A stretch of DNA of 64,000 nucleotides from Dicyema japonicum (GCA_011109175.1 RDEW01000004.1:2018783-2082782); one strand, 5' to 3'. Positions 36,031 to 48,197 are shown, numbered from the stretch's first letter. Notes: a model not told the origin generated them from the sequence alone. Numbers and translations are program-made.

Positions 36031-37439
36031 AGAAATGAATGGACCCCAGATTAAACATGCATAAGAAATGTGTGGCTCAATGAATTAGTTTTACAATGTT
36101 GTTGAAGATTTAGCATCAACATGAGGGTTATATGTTGCCTTGAAGAAGATTGAGTTAAGGGCTCTTAAGCTGATATTTGAATCAAGGATTTGTTCTGTTA
36201 CTTGATCAACGCATTCACAATTCAACCCCTGACACTGTATTTGCAGACAAATAAGCACGTAAAGAACTTGCACCGAATTCAACACGTGTAAATATAGCTT
36301 TTCCTTATTTGCGAATCGGATAAGGACGCGGTTACCCTAATGCAGTCAATGTCATCGACTCACGTGACTCGACGTCTAGCTAAACAAAATCCCCTTAAGG
36401 TGATTCATATTAAAAACAAACCTTCTCATAAATGATAGGCATTTGTTAGAACTGAAAATTGATGAGTCTGTTCAACGGTGCGAGGCAGAACACAAAGACA
36501 AGCTTCGACATACTATCTCCTTGCAAAATCCCCTTGTAATTGTAACTTCATTAATATTATCTTTGTTTCAGTAACAAACCACCTATTTAGGAAGACCTTA
36601 ACAACTGAATGATATACAACAAAAGGCTCGCAGACACTCGATATGGTAGCTATGATCAACTAAATCAGACGTTTTTTCACATCTACTCACGTGCACATAA
36701 GTGATCGTCAATGAGGTGATCTAAGCTTTCCTCAATAACGACCTTAACTTGTCCTAATGATTCCTCGTTCCGATACTATCGAGAGAGGCTTCAATTGTAG
36801 ATAAATTTACAAATTTATTTGTTTTATAAATTATTTTACAATATGGCAAATTTAATACAATTGTACATAATTCGTCGTGTGACGCCACGTGTGTTGTTTT
36901 CATCGTCTTTTTAACTCAGCCTTTGTTTACATAATATAACTTTCTTGTAACTTACAAGAACAACATTTAACTAATTCATTAATTCTAAATAAAAATTAAT
37001 TTAAATTGTATTTATTAAATGGCTAACCTGATTTCTTTTAATTTTAATAGCATGCTTAAGTGATTTTGTATGTCTCAATTTAGCGGGTATATCAGAGATC
37101 TTATCGAATATGACAAAATTAAAAAGCTATTATGTGGAATCAATTTTGGTGTATTTAATTAAGGTACGAATCGCGAAAGATCATGGAACTAACCCAGCAT
37201 TGATGCTTGAAAAGTTTAATCCAACTATTCTGATACTTGCGAAATAGTCTTATCTAATTCACGTGTAGAGGTATTTTTCGAATGTATTTATAGGTTGAAT
37301 TTTCTGATGGATGAAGAAGACCGGTCTTAATGTCAAGACTTAAAAAATAATTGTTTTTTATTATATTAAATAAATTCCTCATTTTCGGCTGTGAATCTAC
37401 AACAACCTAGTAACAAATAAGAAGGATCAATCATTATTG

Positions 37440-37900
37440 CATTATTGGGCGTTTTTTGGACCCACTCTTGTCTTCCCCTATTCACTTGAATCTCTTATAC
37501 TACATTTCTTTGTTTACACTATGATCGAACAAGCTCTATGACTGAGGACACTTGTCGTCTTTCCGAGTAATATAATTTCTAGTCCAACCTACAGTGTAAG
37601 TGAACAGTCTCGCGAAGCCAACAACAACATCATCCGCATAGGAAAGTAGAACAGAATTATCAGATGATATAAATAAGACTAATTAATTTCTATTCTTTCC
37701 CACAGAATAAAGATTTGACTACAGAACATTGATTCTAAACTAATCTCACCATGCAAGAACTAGTTGCTTGAGCTGGACTAACGATTAAGTCATCCTTGTG
37801 GCTCGCCGTTAAGAGGAAATTATAGCCGGACGATGTGAAGTCCCTAGTATACTTCCTCTCTGTCTACTGAAATAATAGTATGGATTCTAATGTCCCAATT
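37440..37900 (-). mobile_element. ingi/Vingi-like RT remnant
   Basis: Minus strand NGEPQG followed by SDNSVLLSYADDVVV; DNA matches 55555-55600. Confidence 0.55.
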
Positions 37901-38239
37901 TGCATAGTTATGATCTTTTTATAAAACCTTGTTTGATTTCTCATTTTGTCTTGGTTAGTTCTTTTGACCACATTTTTGTTCCCACTAAGAATGATCTCCA
38001 ACTTAGGACAACCGACTGAATGTACGTTTTCATTGAGACACCAATCGATAGGAGGCATTGTTAATTATGGTTAGAAATAATTGAGAATATATAACAGCGT
38101 CAAAGTTATCTTAAGTGGCATAAATGATACACAAATACTCTCACCAATAAAACACGATTTTGAAAAATATGTATTTTTATAATTTTAAAACTTTTTTTTC
38201 AAAAGAAAACAATTTATTAAAATAAATTAAATTTGTTAT

Positions 38240-38900
38240 GAAAGCCCTCCTTATGGGCTACAGGCATTGAGTACGCAATGGGAGTTACCTCTCATAATCG
38301 CGAACCTAACGTTTACCCTTCAAGCCATCCAATTAACCTGATAAAATCTGAAATGCTCGTGCCGATCACAGCAAACTTCTCAACGGAGATCGGCTGGAAA
38401 ACGAACCACTCCACGATGGTACTTCATCCTTTTCATATATTTGGCAGTCACTCTGCAAAACCCGCGTGCAACGAGGAATATATAAACCCATTAGAGAAAG
38501 TATCGATGTAAGTTGAATCCCAAAGAATAAATCTCATACGAGTTGTTGCGCCATTTAGGTTCTTTCTATCATCTCTCTCAAGACCAACGGCTAACAAGAG
38601 GAAGCGAGCCCTGCGTATTCGATAGTTCTCATGACAGTCGCGTTTAATGTGGTGTACGAAGAAATCTTCCTGAGTTTCCTCTGCATGAGTTCTCCAAGTA
38701 GAACCCACCACATCGGCGTCAGTTTTCAAGTAGACGCCTAGGTCTAGCCGAAGAGCAACTCCAACGGGGATTATATTCCTGTCAAGCTAAGTACCAACTG
38801 CCCGTATCGGGAAGGCATTGAGCCAGGATCCAGAATTCTCAGCAACGCTGCATTCAGAACTCGGCAACGATGGGTATTTGCGGATTGTTTTAGTCCATTA
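38240..38900 (-). mobile_element. CRE-clade fragment with 3' end
   Basis: SGSWLNAFP..VGVALRL, LWDSTYIDTFS (ORF 38448..38729) and FAIMRGNSHCVLNAC. Confidence 0.75.
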
Positions 38901-39690
38901 AGTTTTTTTCACAAAGGATTTCATCCCAGAGGTGATTCTATCGAATTAAAAAATTAAAACTTTATAGTTATTTGAGCGAATATCTTCACAATTTTGAAAA
39001 GAAATACCCGCGCAGCCAGTGTGGCCACTGTATGGACCTCTGATTGATTGCTTTTATAGTAATAAATTGCTTTTTGTGGGCATACACAAAAATTTGGACC
39101 AGACATCCTAGTGGTTAGTGCTGTCTTTGCGTATCACATAGCGTGAGTTCGTTCCTCTCACAGTAAGGAGTGATTTTCAGCCTCTTGACAGATATCTCTT
39201 TAATATTAATAAAGGATAATCATTTGTTTTATTGGTCAGAAGATTAAGATGGTCTCTTCTAGATAGTACATCAACTCGGACCACTATTTATTGTGTGGCT
39301 TGTAGAAATGATGGAATGTATGTGCAGATTGGAGGAACTTTGAAGAATCTACTATACGAGAGAACAAGAGCTTGCGAGTATGTTATCAATATGACAATGG
39401 TATGTGAGTTGAATTCCCCTTTTTGATCATAAACTTCTTGTTCTATTTTCAATTCCTTCTTTTCATTAGCCTTGCGTCATGAATCCGCTTGCTTCAACAA
39501 GCACACAATACTATGACATCATGCACCAAAGAAATCATTTACTATTTTACTATTTAAATAANTTCATAATTATTAAATTATTATTAATTTAATAATAATT
39601 TATTAAAAATATCTCAAATGATGATTTAATATGTTCTGAATTTAGAGACACTTTATTAAACCACTCAAAAAAGTTACTATTTGACGTTTA

Positions 39691-42600
39691 TTTTTGGTTG
39701 AGGTGGTGACGTCCCTCTACTTGCACTATGTCTTCTTCGTATTGCTTACCAGTTTCTCCCCTCACTCTTGGATCCCTCAACTGCCGAGGCCTCAATCAGT
39801 GCTACAAAAAACAACAATTGGCGCGTGATCTGAGTAAATACAACATCTCTGTCTGTTGTTTGCAAGAGACGAAAATAACCGAACAATCTGCAGAACTGTT
39901 TCAGAATTTTTACCTTTTGACCCTCACACCAGACTGCAGGCACTATGGGCTCGGATTTGCTGTTCATCGGCACTTGTTTCACTGTGTCTCAAGAGTATGG
40001 GCAGTATCTGACCGTGTCGCGGTGTTACAAATCAAATGCGGAAACAAACTCAACTCAGTGATCTCCATCATAAATGTATATGCCCCAACCGGAGCACGTG
40101 TATCAACGAATATCGAAGAACTGGATACGTTTTACTCTACTCTCACAAGTGTGTACAACTCACTTTCATCCTCTTACTTTCTTTTTATCGCCGGGGACTG
40201 GAACGCCAGGGCCGGAAAAGCAAGACCTGGTGAAACGTGTATTGGATCCCACGGTAGAAACCGCCGTAACATCCCCGGAGAGGCATTAATACAATTTTGC
40301 ACGGCATTCAACCTACTCATATGCAACACTTGTTTCAAGCACCCGGCAAGACACAGGACCACGTGGGTTGGTACCAGAAAAGGCAAATCTGGAAACACAG
40401 TCAATATATACAATCAGATCGACTATATTATCTGCAAGCAACATCAGAAGGCCCTCCTACAGGACTCGAGATCTTACGGTGGACTTGAAACAAGTAGCGA
40501 TCATAAACTTGTGGTCGCCCGGCTAGTACTTAAAAGAATCCATGGAATACACGGGAAACACAAAGGCCTTACCTCAGTACGTTTCGACACTGAGAGGTTA
40601 CGCTACGAAGAATCCACCAAATGTCGTTATAGTGCAGTTCTGAGAGATAGCATCAACAGTATTAACCAAAATCAGCCGACAAACAGCTTATGGGATGAAA
40701 TAGTGGTTGCTATCCAAAACACAGCCTTTAGTGTGCTTGGTCACATCACCAAATCTCGTCACAAACAATGTAATCCGGATATCGGACAACTCTCTGTAAC
40801 ACAGAAAGAGCTCAGACTCCGGATGGAAAACACAAACGCTCCGGAAGATATCAAAGTACTGCGCACCCAGAGAGGGAGAGTCTTAACGAAGATCAAACAA
40901 ATACAAAGATTCCTTGCCAAAAATGAAGCTGAGGAGAAAATCTCAGACATATTAAAGTACAAGAACGGACCAAGAATGTTCAAAGCAATCCGGCTTCTTA
41001 GCAGAGAAAACTGTCCAATTTCGTTAACTGTCCATGACAACCTTGGTCACGACGTTATCGGGACCATTAACAAAGCAAACGTTCTGGCATCCCATTTTGA
41101 CCTTATGTTCAACAAACAGGACGCGGCTGACCAAGCAATGAAATCTCGGAAGTCTTACAAGTACACTCTAACTAGCCCTATTACCATATCCGAAACTCAA
41201 CAAGCTATTAAAAAATTAAATACCGGAAGATCTGCCGGACCAGACTTCATTACTGCAGAACTTTTACAATACGGCCCGGAGGAGCTAATTGAAATGATTA
41301 CTAACATTTTCAACCGGTCTCTCGAGGGTGCAGATGAACTGGAACTGGGAAAAGGGTGGCTAATTCCACTACAAAAACCGGGAAAAAGTAAAGGCCCCCT
41401 CACAACTTCAGACCTATTATACTCCTAACCTCCATACGAAAAACATTATCCCTCATTGCTTTAAACCGAATAAAGGAGAGGGTGAACATATTTCTTTCGG
41501 ACGGCCAAAGTGGATTCCGGACGGGCAGGTCCACGGCTGACGTGGTATGGGGGCACAGGTGGTATTGTGCCCTGTGCCAAAAATACAAAAAATCTATTGA
41601 GATACTTGGTATCGACATGTCCGTGCGTTCGACTCGGTGGACCGTGGAAAACTTATGGAAGTGTTGGAGAGTTTTCTACTGCCTGACGATGTCAAAATAA
41701 TACACTTACTCATGCGGAACACTCAACTTGCCGTCAAAATTGGTGACTCTACCTCTAACTTTTTTTCGACCTCACGTGGAGTTCCACAGGGGGACTCACT
41801 ATCCCCGGTCCTCTTTTTTGTCTACCTTGAGGCCGCACTAAGAGAGTTCAGACCCCTGGTTGGCAACAATTATAACGAGATAATCTACGCGGACGACCTG
41901 GACTTTGTTTCTGAGGATATTCAAGTACTTCAACACATGCTTAACGTTCTTCCACACGTATTCTCGAAATGGTTCTTAACCGTTAACACCGATAAAACAG
42001 AGTTCACAACACTTACACGCAATGATCGAAGATCGGACGAGTCTTGGAGAAAGCAAAAGAAGGTGGGTTCGCTTCTCGGGGACTCAGAAGATGTTTCTCG
42101 GAGGAAAATCCTCGCAATGTGTGCACTAAAGAAAGTATCGAATATGTGGGGTCATAAGAAGAGGATGGGATTAAACACCAAACTCAGAATATATAAGGCT
42201 TTTGTCATCCCCGTCCTGACCTACAATTCAGGCACTTGGGGAATCTCTAAACAAGAGATGGACCGTCTTGACGCTTTCCACAGGACACAATTGAAATCAG
42301 TAATCAAGATCAAGTGGCCTAAGAAGATCTCAAACAATGACCTCTACTCGAAGTGCAAATCTGGTATACACTATCCGAGGAGATCTTCAGATCAAGATGG
42401 AGTCTCTTTGGACATATCTTACGTCTAAATGCTCAAGTACCCGCGAATATCGCCATGGAAAACTACCTAATGCATACGGGAGCCGGTTTCCGTGGAAGAC
42501 CAAGAGTCACACTCTCGACAATTTTGAATGGAGACCTGTCGGCTGTGGGACTGAAGCTCACTTCCGCAGACGACCTAGATACCTTAAGGGCACTGGCACG

Positions 42601-42711
42601 AAGTAGAGGGTCCTGGAAAAGGCTGATAGAGAGGATGGCTAGAAATACGGCACAAGGGAGGCTTGATTAATTTTATGACTTCTCGGGAGTGCTTTAAATA
42701 ATAATAATAAA
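39691..42711 (+). mobile_element. Full-length RTE-clade LINE (3021 bp) with 12-bp TSD
   Basis: TSD atttgacgttta at 39679-39690 and 42712-42723; 37-nt 5' UTR; single APE-RT coding region; 3' end cgggagtgctttaaa(taa)n. Confidence 0.95.
39728..42670 (+). pseudogene. RTE APE endonuclease-reverse transcriptase ORF, split by three 1-nt gaps
   Basis: GSLNCRGL, LQETK, INVYAPT, GDWNAR, QIDYI, SDHKLV; GPD, QSGFRTGRSTAD, AFDSVDR, GVPQGDSLSP, YADD, RWSLFGHILR, GRPR. Frame breaks near 41404, 41621 and 42365; no in-frame stops in the joined segments. Confidence 0.9.
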
Positions 42712-43049
42712 ATTTGACGTTTAACAACCTTCCTCGTCCATTGACTAATTTACCCCTCTTTCTATCTACGGGCTCTGGCTCTCATACTCCAATGTAATTC
42801 TCTCTAGGGTTTGTTTTAAAAAGTGAAGTATAGATATCCCTGGTGCCTCTACCTTGATCTTTACCCTATTTTTCTCTAATACAGATTGTGTATTAGAGGA
42901 ACAAATTACTCGCATTTAGAGAAGTCTTAAATAACAACGCTGCTTCTAATTTCTTCACACAACACCGTGATGGGATTCAATTTTCTTGATAAGAACTCCA
43001 GAAATTCTATCGCAGCTAAAAGTTTTCCAATTAGGCACACATTGAAAAT

Positions 43050-43830
43050 ACTCTTAATAAACTCAGTTTTAATCTATACTGAGGACTTGTCTTTCTTATG
43101 CATTCTATAGGGAATCTTCTGGGTAGGTCTTCTTGCATCTCTTGTACTGATTGAGGTCTCTTGATGTGCTTACATTTTCCATACATGAAATCTAGTATCC
43201 ATCGATTAAGAAGGCCTTTGATTCTGTTCCGAGGAAACTCCAAATGCAAAAAGTTTTTAATTCCAACTTACATCCGAACATAAAGCTATGGCTAGAAAAT
43301 TTCTTAACTGGTCGACACGTGGAAGGGTTCGGATTGATAAAACCACTTCAAATCAAGACTCTCCCTAATGGGGTCCTGCAAGGCTCCCCTCTGTCTCCTC
43401 TCTTATTTAACTTATTTCTACACGATTTACCTACTATCAATGATCAGGACACCATGTTTCTATCTTATGCGGACGACTTGATTATCGCTGCAAGGAACAA
43501 ACTCCCTCCAAGGCTGTGGCGATGGTTCAATCACACCTCAACAGGTGTGTGACTTGCTGTCTGTCTCTGCATCCAAGTCTCAGTTCATGATATTTACTAC
43601 GGACAAAAGATTTAAAGGTGGACAGATATTCCTCGGAAACATTCCCATCCTTTATACACGAATCCAGAAGATCCTTGGAGTAACTTTTGACTCTGATGAA
43701 AAAACGCTTCCCGAATGCAATTGGGTCATCAGAAAACTCGACGAAGAGAGTTCGGATGTTGTTGGAGGCTCGGTTCACCTAATTCGTTAGTTTTGATCTA
43801 TCTTTTTTGGCGGTCTTGGGGTTAAATTAA
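43050..43830 (+). mobile_element. ingi/Vingi-like RT and 3' tail, decayed
   Basis: KAFDSVPRK, LWLENFLTGR, LPNGVLQGSPLSPLLFN, LSYADD, ILGVTFD; tail gttagttttgatc..ggtcttggggttaaattaataaaa. Confidence 0.8.
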
Positions 43831-44189
43831 TAAAATACATGAAATCTCTGTTTTCGAAGGTCAGTTTACTGATGCATTGTTTCGATTAATATATATTGCT
43901 CTGGGAGGGGGTACACATTCAGTAATTTTTTAATTTCGGAAATTTTCTTTTGAGTTAAAAAATGGGTATTGATATATTAAGCTATCGTTTAGTAGTATCA
44001 ATAACACCTGAGATCAATTAATCTTGTCATTGGATTAAATCTCAAAGATCAAAGATTGAGGAGATAGCCGTTAAACTAGGACATTTGCACTAGAAGACCT
44101 CTCATGAATTTCAAGAGCATCATGTATTCATGAATACATGCCTCTCACCTCTAGTTGTTTATCATCTATAAATTTTCAGTAAGCGGGCC

Positions 44190-44526
44190 TTTTTATTATT
44201 AACAGAGGATACACAGAGAAAGTGGTTAACAGTAAACAAATAATTAATTGTATTAAGATTTCACTGTTACAAAAGCAAAGTCCTTCCAACGTCACTGAAA
44301 TTCACCGGAACCACCATAAAATAAATGACGTCCATTCCTTGCAGCAGTGGAACCCCTACAGTAGAGTGAAAGCACATGATCCTTTTTTGTGACAGCCAGT
44401 CACTGGGCTCCATCTGAGATAGGCGGATCACATGACTCCGCTCTATTAGGAAGGGAAGAGGAGGAACAGACAAAACAAATTGAAATCTTGAGACAATTAA
44501 ACACATATCACCAAGTGGTGCTACGA
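44190..44526 (-). mobile_element. Non-coding short retroposon (RIME/SIDER-like), copy D (most diverged)
   Basis: Minus strand cctaatagagcggagtcatgtgatccgcctatctcagatggagcccagtgactggctgtcacaaaaaaggatcatgtg aligns with the core of copies A-C; tail tgtatcctctgttaataataaaaag. Confidence 0.75.
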
Positions 44527-44654
44527 GACCTTAAAAATTAGCGCAATGGTAGGCTTCAAAATTTGTTTGCAATCTGAAGAGAACTGATATATACAAGTAA
44601 CCGCAAAACTCCATTTTTTTAAATATTTAAATGTATTATAAGTAAATTAAAACA

Positions 44655-44910
44655 TTGCAATGGAGAACTATTCGCACAAATGAAGGGATCATTCCGTGGC
44701 AGGCCTAGAGTGACGTTGCCTTCAGTACTAAATGATGACCTAATCCGAATAAACAAAACTCTACGAAATGGTGAAGATCTTGACTCACTACGAGCAATGG
44801 CCCGGAACAGGGGAACATGGAAGAGGATGTGTGGGAGGATACTGGACGTGGCACAAGGGGAACTTAATTAATCTTATTAATTTTTGATTTCCCGGGAGTG
44901 CTTAAAAAAT
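44655..44910 (+). mobile_element. RTE LINE 3' fragment
   Basis: ORF 44680..44871 FRGRPRVTLPSVLNDDL..LRAMARNRGTWKRM; 3' UTR cccgggagtgcttaaaaaataaa as at 42680-42710. Confidence 0.8.
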
Positions 44911-44964
44911 AAATAAAAAATAAGTAAATTAAATTGGCGGATGAGATGAATCTGCGATGTTATC

Positions 44965-45290
44965 CGCGTGACGCCATGTGGTGCTTGGTGGCTAGTTGGT
45001 TGAAGTTTCTGTTTGTTCGTCTGTTTCTAACCTCTCTTCCTATTAGAGTGGCGTCATGTGATCCACCTATCTAGGTGGCGCCCAGTGCCAGGCCGGCACA
45101 AATAAAAGATCATTTGCTTTCTCCCACTCCAGTGGAGGGGTTTCAACAACTGCAAGTATAACTCTTTTACCCTTTATGCTGACTCCGATGGATTCTATTT
45201 CTGTGGAAGTGGAAACTAGATACACTTAATTATTAGTTTACTTTAACTTCTTTTTTAATGTATTCGCGCTTAATCAATAATAATAATTGG
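44965..45290 (+). mobile_element. Non-coding short retroposon (RIME/SIDER-like), copy C
   Basis: Starts cgcgtgacgccatgtgg and aligns with copies A, B and D through gtggaaactagatacacttaatta. Confidence 0.85.
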
Positions 45291-45344
45291 CCGCTTGTAT
45301 TACTGTATTACTATGTTTGTTGAGATTAAACGTTATAAAAAATT

Positions 45345-48180
45345 GTAGCGTGGCGTTATGTGGTCTACCAATTCAAAAAATTCAAAAGGATTTGTCTACG
45401 CCCAGACGGCTTTTAATACCCTCCTGAAAAGGACCATTAGACCCCTTCCCCCGGGGTCATTATCGACCCCCCGCCGATGTGTTTCAAGATAGTCCAAACA
45501 TTCCCGGCGAAAACCCTCAGCCCACTGTGGAGAAAAGAAAATTACTGCTTTCCAATTAAACATCAATGGAATTAAAGGAAAGGTCAGGGAACACCGTTCA
45601 ATCCTGGCAAATCAGAAGATCGACGTGGCCATGATTCAAGAAACTAAACTCCGCATGCATGATTCCACTCCTTCATTCCCTGGATACGACGCAATCAGAA
45701 TGGACCGTAAAAAGAGAAGAGGGGGTGGACTACTTACTCTATTCAAAAAGAACCTAAAATGCAGAGACATTACTTCGGAAGTGAGGAAACTTGTTGGAAA
45801 TGACGAGGTTACTGAGGCAATTGGAATCTCGCTTGGGACAACGAAAGGAAGTATGTGCCTCGTGAATATCTACTTGCCTTCTCCCGGCTCCTGCTCAAAG
45901 GATTACGTTATTCCAAACCTATCAAGATTGGCTATCTACGATGAGATAATCACATGTGGAGATTTAAACGCAAAGCACCCATTATGGTTGTCAACCCAAC
46001 AGGCCGACACAAGAGGAAAGTTATTGTTATTGAAATCGGACTCCCTAACGATACTGAACGATCCAGCGAAAAATACAAGGACCCCACTAAGAGAGACGGA
46101 TCAGCTTACCTCACCGGATGTAACACTCTGCTCATTGTCGCTTTCATAAAAATTGATTGGTCAGTCCTCTACAAAACAAGAAGCGACCATAATCCAATTG
46201 TGATGAAGGTCATGAGAGAAGTCAGAGTAAAGAGAACACCTGCTAGTTATAACTACAAAGCTGCTAATTAGGAATTGTATTGCGCAATCTCTGATGATAG
46301 ACTGAAGAATTGTTACTTGGTCAGCTTCAAATCCCTAGAAAAAGCGATCAAATACTTTACTTGCCACAATCCTAGAAGCAAGATCATTGGCTATTCCCAA
46401 GCATCGTCTAAACTCCTCTAATGGTCGAGGGAAGTCGGCATTGATCAAAGAAAGAAATCACCTCAAATAATCTAATTGGATCACATTAAAAACGAAACTC
46501 CGGATCAGAGCTCTAAACAACGAAATAAAGGCCAGAGAGTTCAAGGCTCAGAAATTGAAGTGGAATCGGATTCTTACAAAGGTAAATCGCAACCGTAGTA
46601 CCGGAGAAGTGTGGAAAGCCATCCGAAATGTTGCAAAGGGAGAAGAAACTTCCTCCCGAGGATGACTATACTCAACGAGACGTTAACAATTTGATAAAAT
46701 TCTACACAAAAATTTCGTACAAGGAACACAGGAAGTCGGAAATGCTTCTCTCTTCATGGAGAAAACTGAAGAAGGATTCTTACCCAGTTTACTTTTCGGA
46801 TGAAGACGTGAAGAATGCGCTGCATTTTACAAGAACAACGTACTCTGCCGGTCCTGAAAACATTCCAGTAGTATTATTGAAGAAATTGGAGTCGGTTTTC
46901 TAAAGTCGGTGTATAACTATTCAATTAATTGTAATGTAATACCTTTGATATGTAAGCAAGCCAACATCCGACATCATTTAGACCTGTGACATTGTTATGT
47001 TCCATATCGAAAATCCTGCAAAGGCTTGTGCTATGAAGAATCAAGGTTTTCTCACCAGAAAAGGATTTTCAACACGGATTCAAGAGCGATTGTTCTACAT
47101 CAACGTACCTACAGAAATTAACCAACTTCATTAGAGAAGGTTTTTCAAACAAAGTAAGGCATTTGAAAACAGTCTTATGTTCCATTGATATTAACAAGGC
47201 CTTTGATTCTATTTCGATAAAAATATTATCAAAGAAAATTTTCCAGTCCGAGATCCCGGGGAAGCTTAAACTTTGGATAACAAATTTCTTAAGTGGACGA
47301 AGGGGACGTGTATGCCTCGGAGGACTGAAATCAGTCTCACGTCTTCTCCCAAACGGTGTCCCCCAAGGATCTCCTTTATCCCCCGCCTTATTCAATTTAT
47401 ACCTGGCAGACCTCCGACACCGGAATCCAATAACGATGTTCTACTCACATATGCGGACGACATTGTTTTGGCCTCGCGTGATCGGGATATCCAAAATGCT
47501 ACAGAAAGATTACAAATTAACCTGGACCGATCAACGCCTGGGTAATGAAGAACCGACTCACGATAAATTCCAGAAAGTCGGTCACGTCTATGTTTACTTT
47601 GGACAAAAGGTTGGGGAAGATGACTGCCAAGTTAAAATTGGACAACAGTGAAATCCCCTTCACCAAATATCAGAAGATCCTGTGCGCGACAATGGATACA
47701 CACTTATGTTTGTCACCACACGTGGCAAACATTTTTCTGAAGTGTTAGAAGAAGGATCAATGTATTAAAATGTTTATCTGGAATATGGAAGACAGGTACC
47801 TACCCAGTCTTGATAAACATTTACAAGCAATACATCGAACCATGTTTTTCGTACGCGTGTGCTTCGTGGGGATTTCATTATCATGGACGAAAACTAAGAA
47901 AATTGAGGACGTTCAAACGAAGGCTTTCAGAATGACGAAGCGGTGGTCTTGTGGGAGACACAGAACCGGACCGACTACTCTGGAAGCCCTCATTAAACAA
48001 AACTCCGGCATGCGGGAAGATGGCCCTGCAAATACAGTCAGTCGCCCTGTACGAGCTTGTGTGGGTACGAGGGAGGAGCACCGGGAAAGAATGAGGATTT
48101 TGGCGGAGTGCATCGGGATCACGTGATAGTTAGTTTTGGTTTTACCGTGGTCTTGGGTGTTAAATAAAAATAAAAAAAAA
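45345..48180 (+). mobile_element. Full-length decayed ingi/Vingi-like LINE (APE and RT, no RNase H seen)
   Basis: 5' hallmark gtggcgttatgtggtct; FQLNINGIKG, MIQETKL, GDLNAKH, SPDVT, SDHNPI; FQHGF, IDINKAFDS, LPNGVPQGSPLSP, TYADD; C-terminus CVGTREEHRERMRILAECIGIT*; A-rich tail. Confidence 0.9.
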
Positions 48181-48197
48181 CTTTATAAATAAAATTT

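Noticed and set aside
39270-39370. GIY-YIG-like peptide TIYCVACRNDGMYVQIG (Penelope?)
   Set aside because: Too short, lacks the YIG/YVG-x-T and R..EH residues, and no Penelope RT or hammerhead was found nearby.
39691-39760. RTE 5' motif as a self-cleaving ribozyme or tRNA-derived head
   Set aside because: Only ~25 nt is conserved; there is no partner strand for an HDV P1 and no B box or cloverleaf downstream.
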